This document shows positions 17,535 through 28,469 of a DNA stretch of 64,000 nucleotides, one piece after another. How positions within the stretch are numbered: position 1 is the first letter of the stretch; each line of letters begins with the position of its first letter. The stretch covers positions 3,601-67,600 of the forward strand of contig JAGOLR010000004.1 of assembly GCA_017993955.1 (NCBI GenBank), read 5' to 3'. Position numbers and translations under genes: made by a program. Below the pieces are notes generated by a model that saw only the letters and a list, made by a program, of their open reading frames with translations, had not been told where the DNA came from and did no database searches. The DNA is from Candidatus Omnitrophota bacterium (GTDB taxonomy: Bacteria > Omnitrophota > Gorgyraeia > 2-01-FULL-45-10).

Positions 17535-18307
17535 TGGCACTGGATGAGATAAAGATCTCGAAGGCCATTATAGAATCGTACAGTAAAAAACTTATAAAGG
17601 CGCTTGAAACGGATGTGGCCATCGTGGGCGGCGGTCCGGCGGGGCTCGTCTGCGGATATTATCTGGCAAAGGCGGGTAAGAACGTAGTCCTTTTTGAGAG
17701 GAAGCTATCTGTCGGCGGAGGCATGTGGGGCGGCGGGATCATGTTCAACGAGATCGTTGTCCAGTCTTCTGCCAAGAAGATCATGGACGAACTGGAAATC
17801 CGGACCAGCCAATACGAAAATAACTACTATCTTTCCGATTCCGTCGAAACGGTATCGACCATATGCTCAAAGGCGGTAAAGGCCGGTCTTAAAGTCTTTA
17901 ACCTATTAAGTGCCGAGGATGTTATGGTGCGGGATAATAAGGTTTGCGGGCTTGTGTTGAACTGGAGCGCAGTAGAGATCGCCAATCTACACGTCGATCC
18001 TATTACCATGCGTGCGAAATTTGTGGTGGACGCAACCGGCCATCCGTCCGAGGTGGCTAAGATCATAGAGAAAAAATCCGGAATCCGATTAAATACAAAT
18101 ACGGGTAAGCTTATGGGTGAGCAGTCTATGTGGGCTGAGGTTGGCGAGAATACGATCGTGAAAAATTCCAAAGAGGTGTGCCCGGGCTTCTATGTCTGCG
18201 GGATGTGCGCCAATGCGGTATTTGGCGGACCCAGGATGGGGCCTATATTCGGCGGCATGTTGTTATCGGGCGTAAAGGTCGCCAAAGAGATATTGCGGAA
18301 GTTATAA
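17535..18307 (+). CDS. thi4: Thiamine thiazole synthase Thi4 family (sulfide-dependent type; His rather than Cys in the VVDATGH motif)
   Basis: FAD-binding [11 protein letters not shown], Thi4-family length, and the ATGH motif. The gene lies directly downstream of the TPP riboswitch. Confidence 0.8.
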
Positions 18308-18474
18308 ATTTATATATTACGCAGAATATTTAGTAATGAGACAGGTGTATATTTTTATCTACATATCTTGTTTAAGCTCGGATGACAGGCGGTATTTCAG
18401 ATTAGAAATTTTACCGATATCTGGAACGATTTTTGCTTACATAAAAACAAGTATAAAATGAAAGGAGAGAACGC

Positions 18475-19164
18475 ATGCGTTTAGTCGTATTTATTATTGT
18501 TTCGTTGTTGCTTCTGGCGCCGCAAGTCGCCGGAGCCACCGTTATCGCTACGTGGGATGATCCTGCGGATGGACTTGACGGGTGGGACGCCTCAGGCACG
18601 GGTACGTGGATAGAATATTCCGCAACGGGAGGCAATTCCGGAGGTTATATAAAGATAGGCGGAAATCGCACTATAGGTTTCAAAAATACAACCGCGGATT
18701 TTACGGGTAATTATGCATCGCGCGGTTTTAACGGCGCCTCTTTCGATATGATGGTTTTGCTTCAGCAGCTCCCCGCTTATAAGCCATCCCTGGTATTTCG
18801 CTATAGTCCTTCATATAATGGATGGGAATATGTTTTGAACGACTTTACCATAGAAAATGCCGGTACCTGGCAGCATTTCGATATTCAGTTCGACCCCTTA
18901 TGGAGCGACGCGGAAGCCGTCGCAAACGGATGGGCGCCCGTAGATACTTATATGCTAAAACCTTTTAGCGAAACCCTCACTCACGTTGACGCTTTTACAA
19001 TATTCAGCGACTATCCGTCCAATGTCGCCAAGGTCCTGGGATTGGATAATGTCATGCTTAATGGCAATGCAGCTGTACCCGAACCGGTATCCTCAAGCCT
19101 CTTTATTATGGGTGCGATCGGCATGGGGTTGTCCAGGATAAGAAAGAAGAGAGCGCAGAAATAA
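18475..19164 (+). CDS. PEP-CTERM sorting-signal secreted protein
   Basis: N-terminal signal peptide. The C terminus is VPEP followed by a hydrophobic helix and the basic tail RIRKKRAQK. Confidence 0.75.
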   Translation: MRLVVFIIVSLLLLAPQVAGATVIATWDDPADGLDGWDASGTGTWIEYSATGGNSGGYIKIGGNRTIGFKNTTADFTGNYASRGFNGASFDMMVLLQQLPAYKPSLVFRYSPSYNGWEYVLNDFTIENAGTWQHFDIQFDPLWSDAEAVANGWAPVDTYMLKPFSETLTHVDAFTIFSDYPSNVAKVLGLDNVMLNGNAAVPEPVSSSLFIMGAIGMGLSRIRKKRAQK

Positions 19165-19196
19165 TCGCCAGAATATAGTCCGCAGTTTGTTTTAAT

Positions 19197-19227
19197 AAAA
19201 GCCCACCGTTAACCGGTGGGCTTTTAA
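19197..19227 (+). terminator. Intrinsic terminator
   Basis: AAAAGCCCACCGTTAACCGGTGGGCTTTT. Confidence 0.7.
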
Positions 19228-19275
19228 TTTCGCCTTCCAGTTGAAACCGCGGAATTATAAGGGTATAATCTGGGC

Positions 19276-20019
19276 ATGAGAAAGGTGCTTTCGGTTACAT
19301 CTTTAAGTAAATCCTATGGCAATAAGATCGCCGTGGATAAGATTTCGTTTGACGTGAAGCGCAATGAGATAGTGGGCCTTCTCGGACCCAACGGCGCCGG
19401 TAAGACTACGACCATAAATATGATCCTGGGGGTCCTCAGGCCCGACTCCGGGGCGATAGTTATAAAAGATTTTGATCTTGCATCGCAAAGGTCCGAAGCC
19501 ATCGGAAATACCAATTTTACCGCCGTATATGCGCCTCTTCCCGGAAACCTCACCGTCATGCAGAATTTAAAGGTCTTCGGCATGCTCTACGGCGTTAAAG
19601 GCCTGGCAGATCATATCGAAGGTCTCCTGAAAAAATTTGATCTCGACAAATTCCGTAATAAAAAGTGCGGCGTTCTCTCTTCGGGTGAACAGACCCGTGT
19701 GGGGCTTGCCAAGGCGATGCTTAACAATCCGGAACTTTTGCTTCTCGATGAGCCGACCTCGTCTCTCGATCCGGCCACGGCGCACGAGGTGCGCAACAAT
19801 ATCCGCGAATTTGCCGCAAGGGGTTCTGGCGCCGTGCTATGGACTTCGCATAATATGTATGAAGTCGAGGACGTATGCGACAGGGTCCTTTTTTTATCGC
19901 ACGGCAAGATATTGCTGGAGGGGAATCCGAAGGCGCTTCCTGCCGAGCACGGCAAGAAGACCCTGGAAGATCTTTTTATCACTGTGGCGCGCGAGCCTTT
20001 GACGCTGGGGATGAACTAA
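19276..20019 (+). CDS. ABC transporter ATP-binding protein
   Basis: Walker A GPNGAGKTT, signature LSSGEQ, Walker B LLLDEPTSSLD. Confidence 0.9.
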   Translation: MRKVLSVTSLSKSYGNKIAVDKISFDVKRNEIVGLLGPNGAGKTTTINMILGVLRPDSGAIVIKDFDLASQRSEAIGNTNFTAVYAPLPGNLTVMQNLKVFGMLYGVKGLADHIEGLLKKFDLDKFRNKKCGVLSSGEQTRVGLAKAMLNNPELLLLDEPTSSLDPATAHEVRNNIREFAARGSGAVLWTSHNMYEVEDVCDRVLFLSHGKILLEGNPKALPAEHGKKTLEDLFITVAREPLTLGMN

Positions 20020-20022
20020 GAT

Positions 20023-20826
20023 ATGTCTTTTAACCGCATCATCGCGATATTATTAAGGCAGATCTACCTGATAAAGGGTAGTTTTTCGCGCGTATTTCCG
20101 ACATTTGCCTGGATAGCCGTCGACATGATATTATGGGGCTTCCTGACAAAGTACCTTAACACCGTAACTTCCGGCAGCATAAATTTCGTCCCGGTCCTTC
20201 TCGGAGCTGTACTCTTGTGGGACTTCTTCATACGTATCATGCAGGGCGTGACTATGGCATTTTTTGAGGACGTATGGTCCAGGAATTTCCTGAATGTATT
20301 CGCGACCCCCATATTGATATCCGAATATGTGGGTGGGCTGGTACTGTCGAGTATAGCTACAAGCGCCATAGGCCTTGCGGTAATGCTGTTTATCGCATCT
20401 ATATTTTTTAAATTATCCCTTCTTATATATGGACTTATGATCATGCCTTTTCTTGCGATACTATTCCTTTTCGGCATAGCATTGGGTATCTTTGCATGCG
20501 CCATAGTGTTAAGGTTCGGGCCGGCATCAGAATGGTTCATATGGCCGCTACCGGCCCTAATATCTCCTTTCGCGGGAGTATTGTACCCGATATCGACACT
20601 GCCTAAATGGATGCAGGCGGTCTCTCTTTTTATTCCGCCTTCATATGTATTCGAAGGACTACGTTCCGTACTTTCCGGAGGCATTGTGCATGGCATAGCG
20701 CTGGCAAAAGGCGGAGCCCTTGCCATGGTATATATAATCGCGGCGTACTATTTTCTGGGGCTGGTCTATCGTCACTCTCTCAAGACGGGGCTTATCGCCA
20801 GGTATAGTGCCGAGACGATAAGTTAG
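20023..20826 (+). CDS. ABC-2 type transporter permease
   Basis: Six-TM permease immediately downstream of the ATPase. Confidence 0.75.
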   Translation: MSFNRIIAILLRQIYLIKGSFSRVFPTFAWIAVDMILWGFLTKYLNTVTSGSINFVPVLLGAVLLWDFFIRIMQGVTMAFFEDVWSRNFLNVFATPILISEYVGGLVLSSIATSAIGLAVMLFIASIFFKLSLLIYGLMIMPFLAILFLFGIALGIFACAIVLRFGPASEWFIWPLPALISPFAGVLYPISTLPKWMQAVSLFIPPSYVFEGLRSVLSGGIVHGIALAKGGALAMVYIIAAYYFLGLVYRHSLKTGLIARYSAETIS

Positions 20827-20848
20827 CCTAAAAACTACGGGGTGACAT

Positions 20849-21397
20849 ATGAGGAAAGCGGTTAGTTTGGATATGGCTTACAGGTTATTGGGACCAGGCC
20901 CGGTGGTGCTGGTCAGTTCTTTATACAACGGCCGCCCGGCCATCACGCCTATAGCCTGGCATATGCCTTTTTCGGACGATCCGCCGATAGTTGCCTTAGA
21001 AATATGGAAGGACCATTTCATACATAAGGCCATACTGCAGACGGGCGATTTCGTAATAAATATACCCTCCAGCGATATGGCCGGCGTGGTATGTAAATTA
21101 GGAAGTATCTCTGGGGCGAAGGTAGACAAGATAAAAGAATTCGGCATCAAGGAGGAAGCCTCCAAGGAAATTAAATCTCCGCGCCTTTCCGACGCTATAG
21201 GTATTTTGGAATGCAAGCTTCATAGAGACGATAATTTATTAGCGAATTACAGTGTTATAGTGGGTGATGTTGTCTATGCCGAAGCCGAGGAAGATATTTT
21301 CACTGACAGATGGCATCCGGAGAGATCCGGCCCCAAGATAATGCACCACCTTGGGGGTAAGATATTCTCGGTATCGGATAGATTGGTTTCTAAATGA
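20849..21397 (+). CDS. Flavin reductase-like FMN-binding domain protein
   Basis: Fold pattern of the flavin reductase-like domain family (PVVLVSS...PIAWHMP...). Confidence 0.6.
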   Translation: MRKAVSLDMAYRLLGPGPVVLVSSLYNGRPAITPIAWHMPFSDDPPIVALEIWKDHFIHKAILQTGDFVINIPSSDMAGVVCKLGSISGAKVDKIKEFGIKEEASKEIKSPRLSDAIGILECKLHRDDNLLANYSVIVGDVVYAEAEEDIFTDRWHPERSGPKIMHHLGGKIFSVSDRLVSK

Positions 21398-21407
21398 AAG
21401 GTTAAAA

Positions 21408-22451
21408 ATGGCGCGAATGCCAAAGGGATATGAGGTAGGGGATGAGCCTATAGACAGGCTCATACACGAGCTTGTAGGGTGCTGCGCTTCCCGGGAGACG
21501 GAGAAGCTGCTCAGGGAGATAATCACGACAACGGTGAAGCTAGGCAAGGAGTCTACCGATAAAGGAGATCTGAAGCTCGTCAATAACGCGCTAAAAGAGC
21601 TGCGTTATTCTTTCAAAATCTTCTCTCCCTACAGAACGGTGAAGAAAGTGATCATATTCGGCTCCGCCCGCTCCGCAAAGACTTCCGCCGACTACCAGAT
21701 GGCGGAAGAGTTCGCCAGGAAGATGACCGATAATGGCTATATGGTGGTGACCGGAGGCGGCCCGGGGGTGATGGAGGCCGGTAATAAAGGGGCGAGAGCT
21801 GGTATGGAGTTCGCGTTGAATATACGTCTGCCCTATGAACAGAAGCCCAATCCCTATATAGACGAAAAAGATAAGATAATTAATTTTAAATACTTCTTTA
21901 CGCGTAAGCTGATGTTCGTTAAAGAGACCGACGCGACGGTGTTATTCCCCGGCGGGTTCGGTACGCACGATGAGGGGTTTGAGATGCTTACGCTCATCCA
22001 GACTGGAAAGTCAAGGCCAAGGCCGGTCGTCATGGTGGAGCCCAAAGGTTCTACCTATTGGTCGGTTTGGAGACGCTTTGTCGTAAGAGAGCTTCTCGGC
22101 AAAGGATTTATATCTAAGGAAGATTTCAGTCTTTTCAGAATAGTGAGGAATGTAGACGATGCTATTAAATATATTGAAGACTTTTACAGGGTTTATCACT
22201 CCATAAGGTATGTTGCCGGCGCGACCGTTCTCAGGCTTAACAGAGATATCTCCGATAAGACCCTGAATGCGTTGAATATTAAATTCAAAGACATTCTTAC
22301 ATCCGGTGAAATAAAAAGGTCACCTCCTTTAAAGGCGGAACTTCATAAGGAGGAATTCCCGGAGCTCCCCAGACTTATAATGAAATTTAATTTCCGTAAT
22401 TACGGCAGATTGTGTGAGATGATAGGTATGATCAACAAAGACAGGGAGTAG
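21408..22451 (+). CDS. LOG family (TIGR00730) nucleotide 5'-monophosphate nucleosidase
   Basis: GGGPGVMEA and PGGFGTHDE motifs. Start chosen at the ATG after the flavin-reductase stop. Confidence 0.7.
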   Translation: MARMPKGYEVGDEPIDRLIHELVGCCASRETEKLLREIITTTVKLGKESTDKGDLKLVNNALKELRYSFKIFSPYRTVKKVIIFGSARSAKTSADYQMAEEFARKMTDNGYMVVTGGGPGVMEAGNKGARAGMEFALNIRLPYEQKPNPYIDEKDKIINFKYFFTRKLMFVKETDATVLFPGGFGTHDEGFEMLTLIQTGKSRPRPVVMVEPKGSTYWSVWRRFVVRELLGKGFISKEDFSLFRIVRNVDDAIKYIEDFYRVYHSIRYVAGATVLRLNRDISDKTLNALNIKFKDILTSGEIKRSPPLKAELHKEEFPELPRLIMKFNFRNYGRLCEMIGMINKDRE

Positions 22452-22452
22452 T

Positions 22453-23142
22453 GTGCGGATAGACCGTCTTAAAGGCATAAAGGTAATATATGAGGACGGC
22501 GATATCATAGTTATCGATAAACCGCCTGGCCTTTTGACTATGGCGTCCGAAAAAGAATCGGAAAATACGGCATATCGGATAATCACCGATTATGTCCGCA
22601 AAGGATATACCAGATCGCGCAATCGTATATTTATCGTCCATAGACTCGATCGCGACACATCCGGCCTGGTGCTATTTGCCAAGAACGAAAGAGCGAAGAT
22701 CGCCCTCCAGAACGGATGGGATAGGACCGAGAAGAGATATATCGCGGTAGTTCACGGGACTTTCCCTCAGAAATCCGGCGTGGTTACTTCTTATCTGGCC
22801 GAGAACAAAGCCAGGGTAGTGTATTCTACGCCAGACAGATCCAGAGGCAAATTATCCACCACGAAGTACAGGGTCCTGAAGGAGTCGAAAGGCTTCAGCC
22901 TTTTGGAAATAGATCTGATCACCGGAAGAAAGAATCAGATACGCGTGCACATGTCCGATCAGGGCCATCCGGTGGCAGGTGACAAAAAATATGGCTTTGC
23001 GCAGGACGGATATAGGCGGCTGGCGCTCCACGCTTATTCCATATCGTTCATTCATCCGAGAACCGGGGAGAGGCTATCTTTTAAAACCGGCATACCGGAT
23101 TATCTTGCAGGGCTTGTAGGCGGGTATGAGAAGATCGAATAG
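22453..23142 (+). CDS. RluA family pseudouridine synthase
   Basis: HRLDRDTSGLVLFAK catalytic-Asp motif. Confidence 0.85.
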   Translation: MRIDRLKGIKVIYEDGDIIVIDKPPGLLTMASEKESENTAYRIITDYVRKGYTRSRNRIFIVHRLDRDTSGLVLFAKNERAKIALQNGWDRTEKRYIAVVHGTFPQKSGVVTSYLAENKARVVYSTPDRSRGKLSTTKYRVLKESKGFSLLEIDLITGRKNQIRVHMSDQGHPVAGDKKYGFAQDGYRRLALHAYSISFIHPRTGERLSFKTGIPDYLAGLVGGYEKIE

Positions 23143-24229
23143 TATATTGCTGGTCATATTTTTGTGCGCGTCAATTGTTTTACCGGTAAACGCGAAGGCC
23201 GAAGAGCCGGTGCGTAAGGCCATATACGTCTCTCTTATACAGGATCCTCCCGTATTGTCAAATCTTGAGAATATTCTAAAACTTATAGAGTTCTCCCGAG
23301 AGTCTGGGATAGATGATATATTTATACAGGTATACCGGGCTAACCGGTCATGGTTTTTGTCGGACGCGGCTGACGCAGGGCCTTATATCGGATGTGTAAG
23401 TAAGATGTCCGAGGATCCATTAGATGCTTTAATAAAACATGCCCACAATGCCGGCATAAAAGTGCATGCCTGGCTTAATCTGTTGAGCCTTAGCGCTAAT
23501 ACGGAAGCGCCCATACTGCAAAAATACGGGCCGGAAATACTGACTCGAAACCTGAAAGAAAAGAAGGCTATCGAAGATTACAGGATCGACAGCCAGTATT
23601 TTCTGGAGCCGGGCGACGTGAGAGTACGAAGAGACCTTGCCAAAGTGGTTTATGATCTTTTGTCGGCGTATCCGGAATTGGACGGGATACAATTCGACTA
23701 TATAAGATATCCCGACCAGAACCCGACCTATGGATATACGGATATGAATATCGAGCGTTTCAAAAGATATACCGGCCATAGTCGTGTAAATGAGAATTCC
23801 GGGGTTTGGAAAGACTGGAAGCGTAAGCAGGTCACGGAACTGCTTAATCTGCTAGTCAGAACCGCCAGGGCCGTGCGTCCGGATATAACCATATCGGTTA
23901 CAGGGTGCGCTTCTTATATAAGGGCTTACTATGAAGCGTACCAGGATTGGCCCTACTGGCTGAATAGCGGCCTCGTCGATAGCGTGACATTCATGAGTTA
24001 TACCAAAGACTCGGATAGATTCAAGATATATGTCTATGACGCTAAATCAATGGCTAATGATTTTAAGAAAGTGAATATAGCAATAGGCGCCTATGATATG
24101 GCCGATTCTCCTTCCGGTTTTGCAAAGCAGATAGATATTGCTAAAAGATCGGGTGCCGGCGGTTTTGTTGTGTTGCATTACGGGAACCTGTCCGAAAACC
24201 GGGAGCTGGCCGGATCGCTTAAGAAATGA
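23126..24229 (+). CDS. Secreted glycoside-hydrolase-like protein (GHL10/DUF4015-type TIM barrel)
   Basis: Signal peptide and a DGIQFDYIRYPD motif typical of GHL10. Confidence 0.5.
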   Translation: MRRSNSILLVIFLCASIVLPVNAKAEEPVRKAIYVSLIQDPPVLSNLENILKLIEFSRESGIDDIFIQVYRANRSWFLSDAADAGPYIGCVSKMSEDPLDALIKHAHNAGIKVHAWLNLLSLSANTEAPILQKYGPEILTRNLKEKKAIEDYRIDSQYFLEPGDVRVRRDLAKVVYDLLSAYPELDGIQFDYIRYPDQNPTYGYTDMNIERFKRYTGHSRVNENSGVWKDWKRKQVTELLNLLVRTARAVRPDITISVTGCASYIRAYYEAYQDWPYWLNSGLVDSVTFMSYTKDSDRFKIYVYDAKSMANDFKKVNIAIGAYDMADSPSGFAKQIDIAKRSGAGGFVVLHYGNLSENRELAGSLKK

Positions 24230-24239
24230 AATTGATCAT

Positions 24240-25022
24240 ATGTTGCAAGATATACATATACACATCCAAGATATAAAGGATTCGGAGGTGGAATCCGGGA
24301 TATTGTCAGGGTCCGGCCCAAACGGGGTAGGCAGAATGTTGTGTAATGCCACAAGCCCATTAGACTGGAAGAATGTGGAGTCCATATCGGCTCGATGTGA
24401 AAATGTCGTACCATTTTTCGGTGTGCATCCTTGGATGGTGAAGCGTACAGGTACAGGCTGGATTGAGGCCTTGGAGGCTATCCTTTCAAAAACGAAATCC
24501 GGAGTAGGAGAGATAGGGCTTGACCACGGTAAATTCCGTCCGGACAGAGATCTTCAGCTTTCGGTATTCAGGGCTCAGCTTGATCTGGCGTCAGAGCTTA
24601 AGCGTCCCGTAACGCTACACTGCGTAGGCGCCTGGGGTACGCTCATAGACGAGCTTAAGGCCAGATGCATGACCGATATTCCTTTTATGGTACACCTATT
24701 TTCCGGATCAGCGGATACGCTTGCAACCCTTTTAAAAATGGGGGCGTATTTGTCTTTTTCGCTTGGCATCGCCGAAGGCGGTCCTGATAAAGTGAGGCTG
24801 GCTTTTCAGGCAACGCCCATCGACAGGTTGGTCCTCGAGACCGACTATCCTTACGTTCCCGGGAAACCGAAAGACGAAGCGTACAGCGCGGATGAATATT
24901 TTTCGCGCATAAAAAAAATTTATAGTACGGCCGGAGCCATGAGAGGTATGGCTCCCGAAGAATTTGAAAGGCATGTGTGGGATAATGGATCAATTTTTTT
25001 GCGTGGAATTACTTCTCGGTAA
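24240..25022 (+). CDS. TatD family metal-dependent hydrolase/DNase
   Basis: N-terminal DxHxH (DIHIHIQD) and the conserved FGVHPW motif. Start at the ATG at 24240. Confidence 0.75.
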   Translation: MLQDIHIHIQDIKDSEVESGILSGSGPNGVGRMLCNATSPLDWKNVESISARCENVVPFFGVHPWMVKRTGTGWIEALEAILSKTKSGVGEIGLDHGKFRPDRDLQLSVFRAQLDLASELKRPVTLHCVGAWGTLIDELKARCMTDIPFMVHLFSGSADTLATLLKMGAYLSFSLGIAEGGPDKVRLAFQATPIDRLVLETDYPYVPGKPKDEAYSADEYFSRIKKIYSTAGAMRGMAPEEFERHVWDNGSIFLRGITSR

Positions 25023-25737
25023 AGAGAAGCTTAAAAGGATACGCCAGGCGTCCGTAACGATTGTGGGTATAGGCGCAGTCGGAAGCTATGCCGTAGAGGC
25101 CTTGGCTCGGGCCGGTGTAGGTCGCATGCGTCTGGTAGATTTCGATAAGATAAAATCGAGTAATCTTAACCGCCACATACTTGCCCTTAGATCTACTATA
25201 GGTCAGTCTAAAGTAAGCCTTGCGGCCCAAAGGGTCAAGGATATAAACCCGTCATGCGCGGTCGATGTTCTTGAGTCCTTTGCCGCGCAGGAGTCTTTTG
25301 CGCGCATATTCGATAATGAACCGGACCTGGTGATAGATGCGATAGACTCACTAAGCCCGAAAGCGCAGCTAATCTCGGCTTGTTATCGTAGAAAGATACC
25401 TGTAATATCTTCTATGGGCGCGGCTACCAGATTAGATCCTCTATCAGTAAGGGTTGCCGATCTTTTGGATACAAGATCCTGCCCACTGGCCAGACAATTG
25501 AGAGGCAAATTAAAAAGAGAGGGTATTGGCCGCGGGGTAATTTGCGTTTACTCCGAAGAACCCAGGAACAAGCTGGCGATAGATCCGACCAATGCGCATT
25601 CCGAAGACGATTATAAGCGCGGCCGCCCGAGAAGTAAGCTCGGCAGTCTTCCCACAATAACCGGTATATTCGGACTTACCGTAGCGCATATTGCGCTGGA
25701 AAAATTATGCGGCGGTTTCAAGAATAAATTAATTTAA
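24973..25737 (+). CDS. tcdA: tRNA threonylcarbamoyladenosine dehydratase TcdA (ThiF/MoeB-like E1 fold)
   Basis: VTIVGIGAVGS nucleotide-binding loop and overall similarity to CsdL/TcdA. The start is uncertain (TTG 24964, ATG 24973 or ATG 24985). Confidence 0.7.
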   Translation: MCGIMDQFFCVELLLGKEKLKRIRQASVTIVGIGAVGSYAVEALARAGVGRMRLVDFDKIKSSNLNRHILALRSTIGQSKVSLAAQRVKDINPSCAVDVLESFAAQESFARIFDNEPDLVIDAIDSLSPKAQLISACYRRKIPVISSMGAATRLDPLSVRVADLLDTRSCPLARQLRGKLKREGIGRGVICVYSEEPRNKLAIDPTNAHSEDDYKRGRPRSKLGSLPTITGIFGLTVAHIALEKLCGGFKNKLI

Positions 25738-25785
25738 TATTATCTTTATGGTATAATAAAAAAAGTTCAAAAAAGGAGGCGCAAT

Positions 25786-26265
25786 ATGGGAAAGAAATCC
25801 AGAGAGATAGTAGAGATCGATCTGAAGGATCTTATTAAGGACTTGAATAAGGCTTATTGCGATGAGTGGCTTGCGTACTATGCCTGGTGGTATATGGCTT
25901 TGGCGGTCGAGGGTAAAGGCTATGAAGATATGGCGGAGTTTTTGAATAAGATAGCCAAGGATGAACTCGAGCACGCCCAGGAGTTAGGGGAGAGGATCAT
26001 AGAACTCGGTGGGCTTCCTACCAATGCCTTAAACGACATAGAAAAAGGTTCAAATAACGGATATCCCGGCGTGATGAAGAACCTCTCTGATTATGACGCA
26101 ATAATAAAGATAGTTACAGAGGCGGAAGCCGGCGCTATAGATGTCTATAATAAGCTGGCAAAAAAGACATTCGGCAAAGACCACGATACTTACCAGCTCG
26201 TCACCCATATAATGGGCGAGGAGATCGGCCACGAAGAGATGTTCGAGAACCTCAAGGGGAGATAG
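25786..26265 (+). CDS. Ferritin-like superfamily protein (Dps/bacterioferritin-like)
   Basis: Paired DEW...E..H and EE..HE motifs spaced as in the ferritin-like di-iron site. Confidence 0.5.
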   Translation: MGKKSREIVEIDLKDLIKDLNKAYCDEWLAYYAWWYMALAVEGKGYEDMAEFLNKIAKDELEHAQELGERIIELGGLPTNALNDIEKGSNNGYPGVMKNLSDYDAIIKIVTEAEAGAIDVYNKLAKKTFGKDHDTYQLVTHIMGEEIGHEEMFENLKGR

Positions 26266-26299
26266 GCGTTCCTCCGGAGTTTGTTTTTAAATATAAATT

Positions 26300-26331
26300 A
26301 AACAGGGGAGGCTCAAGCCTCCCCTGTTTTC
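26300..26331 (+). terminator. Intrinsic terminator
   Basis: AAACAGGGGAGGCTCAAGCCTCCCCTGTTTT. Confidence 0.75.
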
Positions 26332-26336
26332 TAACC

Positions 26337-27395
26337 ATGAAAATTATATCGCTTTCATTCTTCATAATAATGCTGTGCTTCGGGACCGGCTTGGCGGGAT
26401 CCGAAGAGGCGCATGTATATAAAGAAAATCGCGGAGACGATATGAAGAAGGCCATATTCGCAGGAGGTTGTTTCTGGTGCATGGAACCGCCATTTGCGCA
26501 GACCGAGGGGGTTGTTAGCGTCATCCCAGGGTATACAGGCGGCGCGAAAAAAGATCCTACGTACGAAGAGGTGTCGTCGGGAGATACCGGGCACGTGGAG
26601 GCCGTAGAGATAACGTACGATCCGTCGAAGGTCAGTTACTCCGGGCTCCTCGAAGTCTTCTGGAAGAATATAGACCCGACGGACAATATGGGGCAATTTG
26701 CGGACAAAGGTCCTCAGTACAAGACGGCCATATTTTATAACACCGACGAAGAAAAGCGCTTGGCCGAGGACTCCAGGACCCGGATAGAGAGATCCGGTAA
26801 ATTCGATAAGCCCATAGCTACCATTATAATAAAGGCATCTAAATTCTATCCGGCCGAAGAGTATCACCGCGAGTATTATAAAAAGAAACCGATCCAGTAC
26901 GGCCTCTATAAAGAAGGTTCGGGCAGGGCGGGTTTCCTAAAGAAGTTATGGGGGAAACCCGAGTCAGGCGCGGCAAAAAAGGACCTTAAGAAAAAGTTGA
27001 CTCCTATGCAATACGATGTGACCCAGGCCTGCGGCACAGAGCCGCCTTTTCAGAACGAGTACTGGGATAACAAAAGGGACGGCATATATGTCGACATAGT
27101 TTCGGGAGAGGTCCTCTTCAGCTCTAGGGATAAGTTCGATTCCGGAACGGGCTGGCCGAGTTTTATAAAGCCGTTAGAGCCGGAAAACATAGTTGAGAAG
27201 AAGGATAATAAACTTGCCGAGGAAAGAACGGAGGTAAGAAGTAAGGGCGGTGATTCCCATCTGGGTCATGTATTTAATGATGGGCCGGCGCCGGCGGGTC
27301 TTAGGTATTGCATAAATTCGGCTTCGCTCAGGTTCATACCTAAAGAGGATCTCGGTAAAGAAGGTTATGGCGAATACGAGAAGCTTTTTGAATAG
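26337..27395 (+). CDS. msrAB: Bifunctional peptide methionine sulfoxide reductase MsrA/MsrB, secreted
   Basis: MsrA active site GGCFWCME, C-terminal MsrB/SelR motif RYCINSASL, and an N-terminal signal peptide. Confidence 0.85.
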   Translation: MKIISLSFFIIMLCFGTGLAGSEEAHVYKENRGDDMKKAIFAGGCFWCMEPPFAQTEGVVSVIPGYTGGAKKDPTYEEVSSGDTGHVEAVEITYDPSKVSYSGLLEVFWKNIDPTDNMGQFADKGPQYKTAIFYNTDEEKRLAEDSRTRIERSGKFDKPIATIIIKASKFYPAEEYHREYYKKKPIQYGLYKEGSGRAGFLKKLWGKPESGAAKKDLKKKLTPMQYDVTQACGTEPPFQNEYWDNKRDGIYVDIVSGEVLFSSRDKFDSGTGWPSFIKPLEPENIVEKKDNKLAEERTEVRSKGGDSHLGHVFNDGPAPAGLRYCINSASLRFIPKEDLGKEGYGEYEKLFE

Positions 27396-27414
27396 ATAAA
27401 CAGAGGAGGGTGTC

Positions 27415-27891
27415 GTGGCAGACAATATAGTGGTTCTCGAGACTAATCAGGGCAAGGTGGAGATAGCGCTTATGCCGGAAGTTGCCCCTAAGGCATGCGA
27501 AAATTTTATCGGGCTTGTCGAGAAGGGGTATTACGACGGGCTAGTATTTCATAGAGTTATAAAAGGTTTTATGATACAAGGAGGCGACCCGACAGGAAGC
27601 GGCATGGGAGGGGAGTCGATATGGGGCAAGAAGTTTGGCGATGAGCTGGATAAAAAAGTGCAATTTGACGCTCCCGGGATACTTGCCATGGCCAATGCCG
27701 GCCCGAATACTAACGGAAGCCAGTTCTTTATAACAACTGCCAAGACTCCGTGGCTTAATATGCACCACACGATTTTCGGTAAAGTCATTTCCGGTTATGA
27801 TATAGTGCAAAAAATAGAAAGGACGGCTACCGACCCTTCTGACAGGCCCGTTACAGAACAGAAGATTCTAAAGGCGTATCTTAAAAAGTAG
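27415..27891 (+). CDS. Cyclophilin-type peptidyl-prolyl cis-trans isomerase
   Basis: FHRVIKGFMIQGGDP and NTNGSQFFIT motifs. Confidence 0.9.
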   Translation: MADNIVVLETNQGKVEIALMPEVAPKACENFIGLVEKGYYDGLVFHRVIKGFMIQGGDPTGSGMGGESIWGKKFGDELDKKVQFDAPGILAMANAGPNTNGSQFFITTAKTPWLNMHHTIFGKVISGYDIVQKIERTATDPSDRPVTEQKILKAYLKK

Positions 27892-27974
27892 GGGAGAGCG
27901 GTTGATCCTGGAAAATCATTGTATTAGACGGAAGATTTTGATAATATGCTTTCTTAATATGTCTGGGGGTATGT

Positions 27975-28469
27975 ATGAGATCTATGATAGCTTACTATTC
28001 TTACACCGGCCATTCTAAGATGGTCGCCGAATATATGGCCCGAGAACTAGGGGCCAGAGGGGATGTCACTTTAGAAAGATTGAAACCCGTAAATGAAGTA
28101 AAGACTTTCTTCGGTCAATGCAGGGCCGCGTTTGCAAGATCCAGGGCAGAGTTGGAGCCGGGTGTAACTTTCGACTTAAGCCATTACGACCTTATAGTCT
28201 TAGGATGTCCTGTATGGGCATTTGCTCCGGTACCCGCTGTTAACACATACCTGGATAAATTGAGCGGTATCCAGGGGAAACGGGCGATAGTATTCTTGAC
28301 TTCCGGAAGCGGAGCGGGTGTCGGGAGATGCTTCAATACTATACGAAATACTCTAGAGAGTAAAGGCGTAGTTCATGTAAGCCAGTTTAATATCCCGGAC
28401 AGAAATTCTAACGACGAGCCATTTATAGCGAATGCCATAGCCAGAGCTATAGCGGAGGCGGTGATATAA
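27975..28469 (+). CDS. Flavodoxin-like fold protein
   Basis: N-terminal AYYSYTGHS phosphate-binding loop. Confidence 0.55.
   Translation: MRSMIAYYSYTGHSKMVAEYMARELGARGDVTLERLKPVNEVKTFFGQCRAAFARSRAELEPGVTFDLSHYDLIVLGCPVWAFAPVPAVNTYLDKLSGIQGKRAIVFLTSGSGAGVGRCFNTIRNTLESKGVVHVSQFNIPDRNSNDEPFIANAIARAIAEAVI

Noticed and set aside
21351-21407. N-terminal extension of the LOG-family ORF (start at 21351) overlapping the flavin-reductase gene
   Set aside because: The extension overlaps the upstream gene by 47 nt and has no LOG homology. The ATG at 21408 with an upstream AAAGG is the more likely start.
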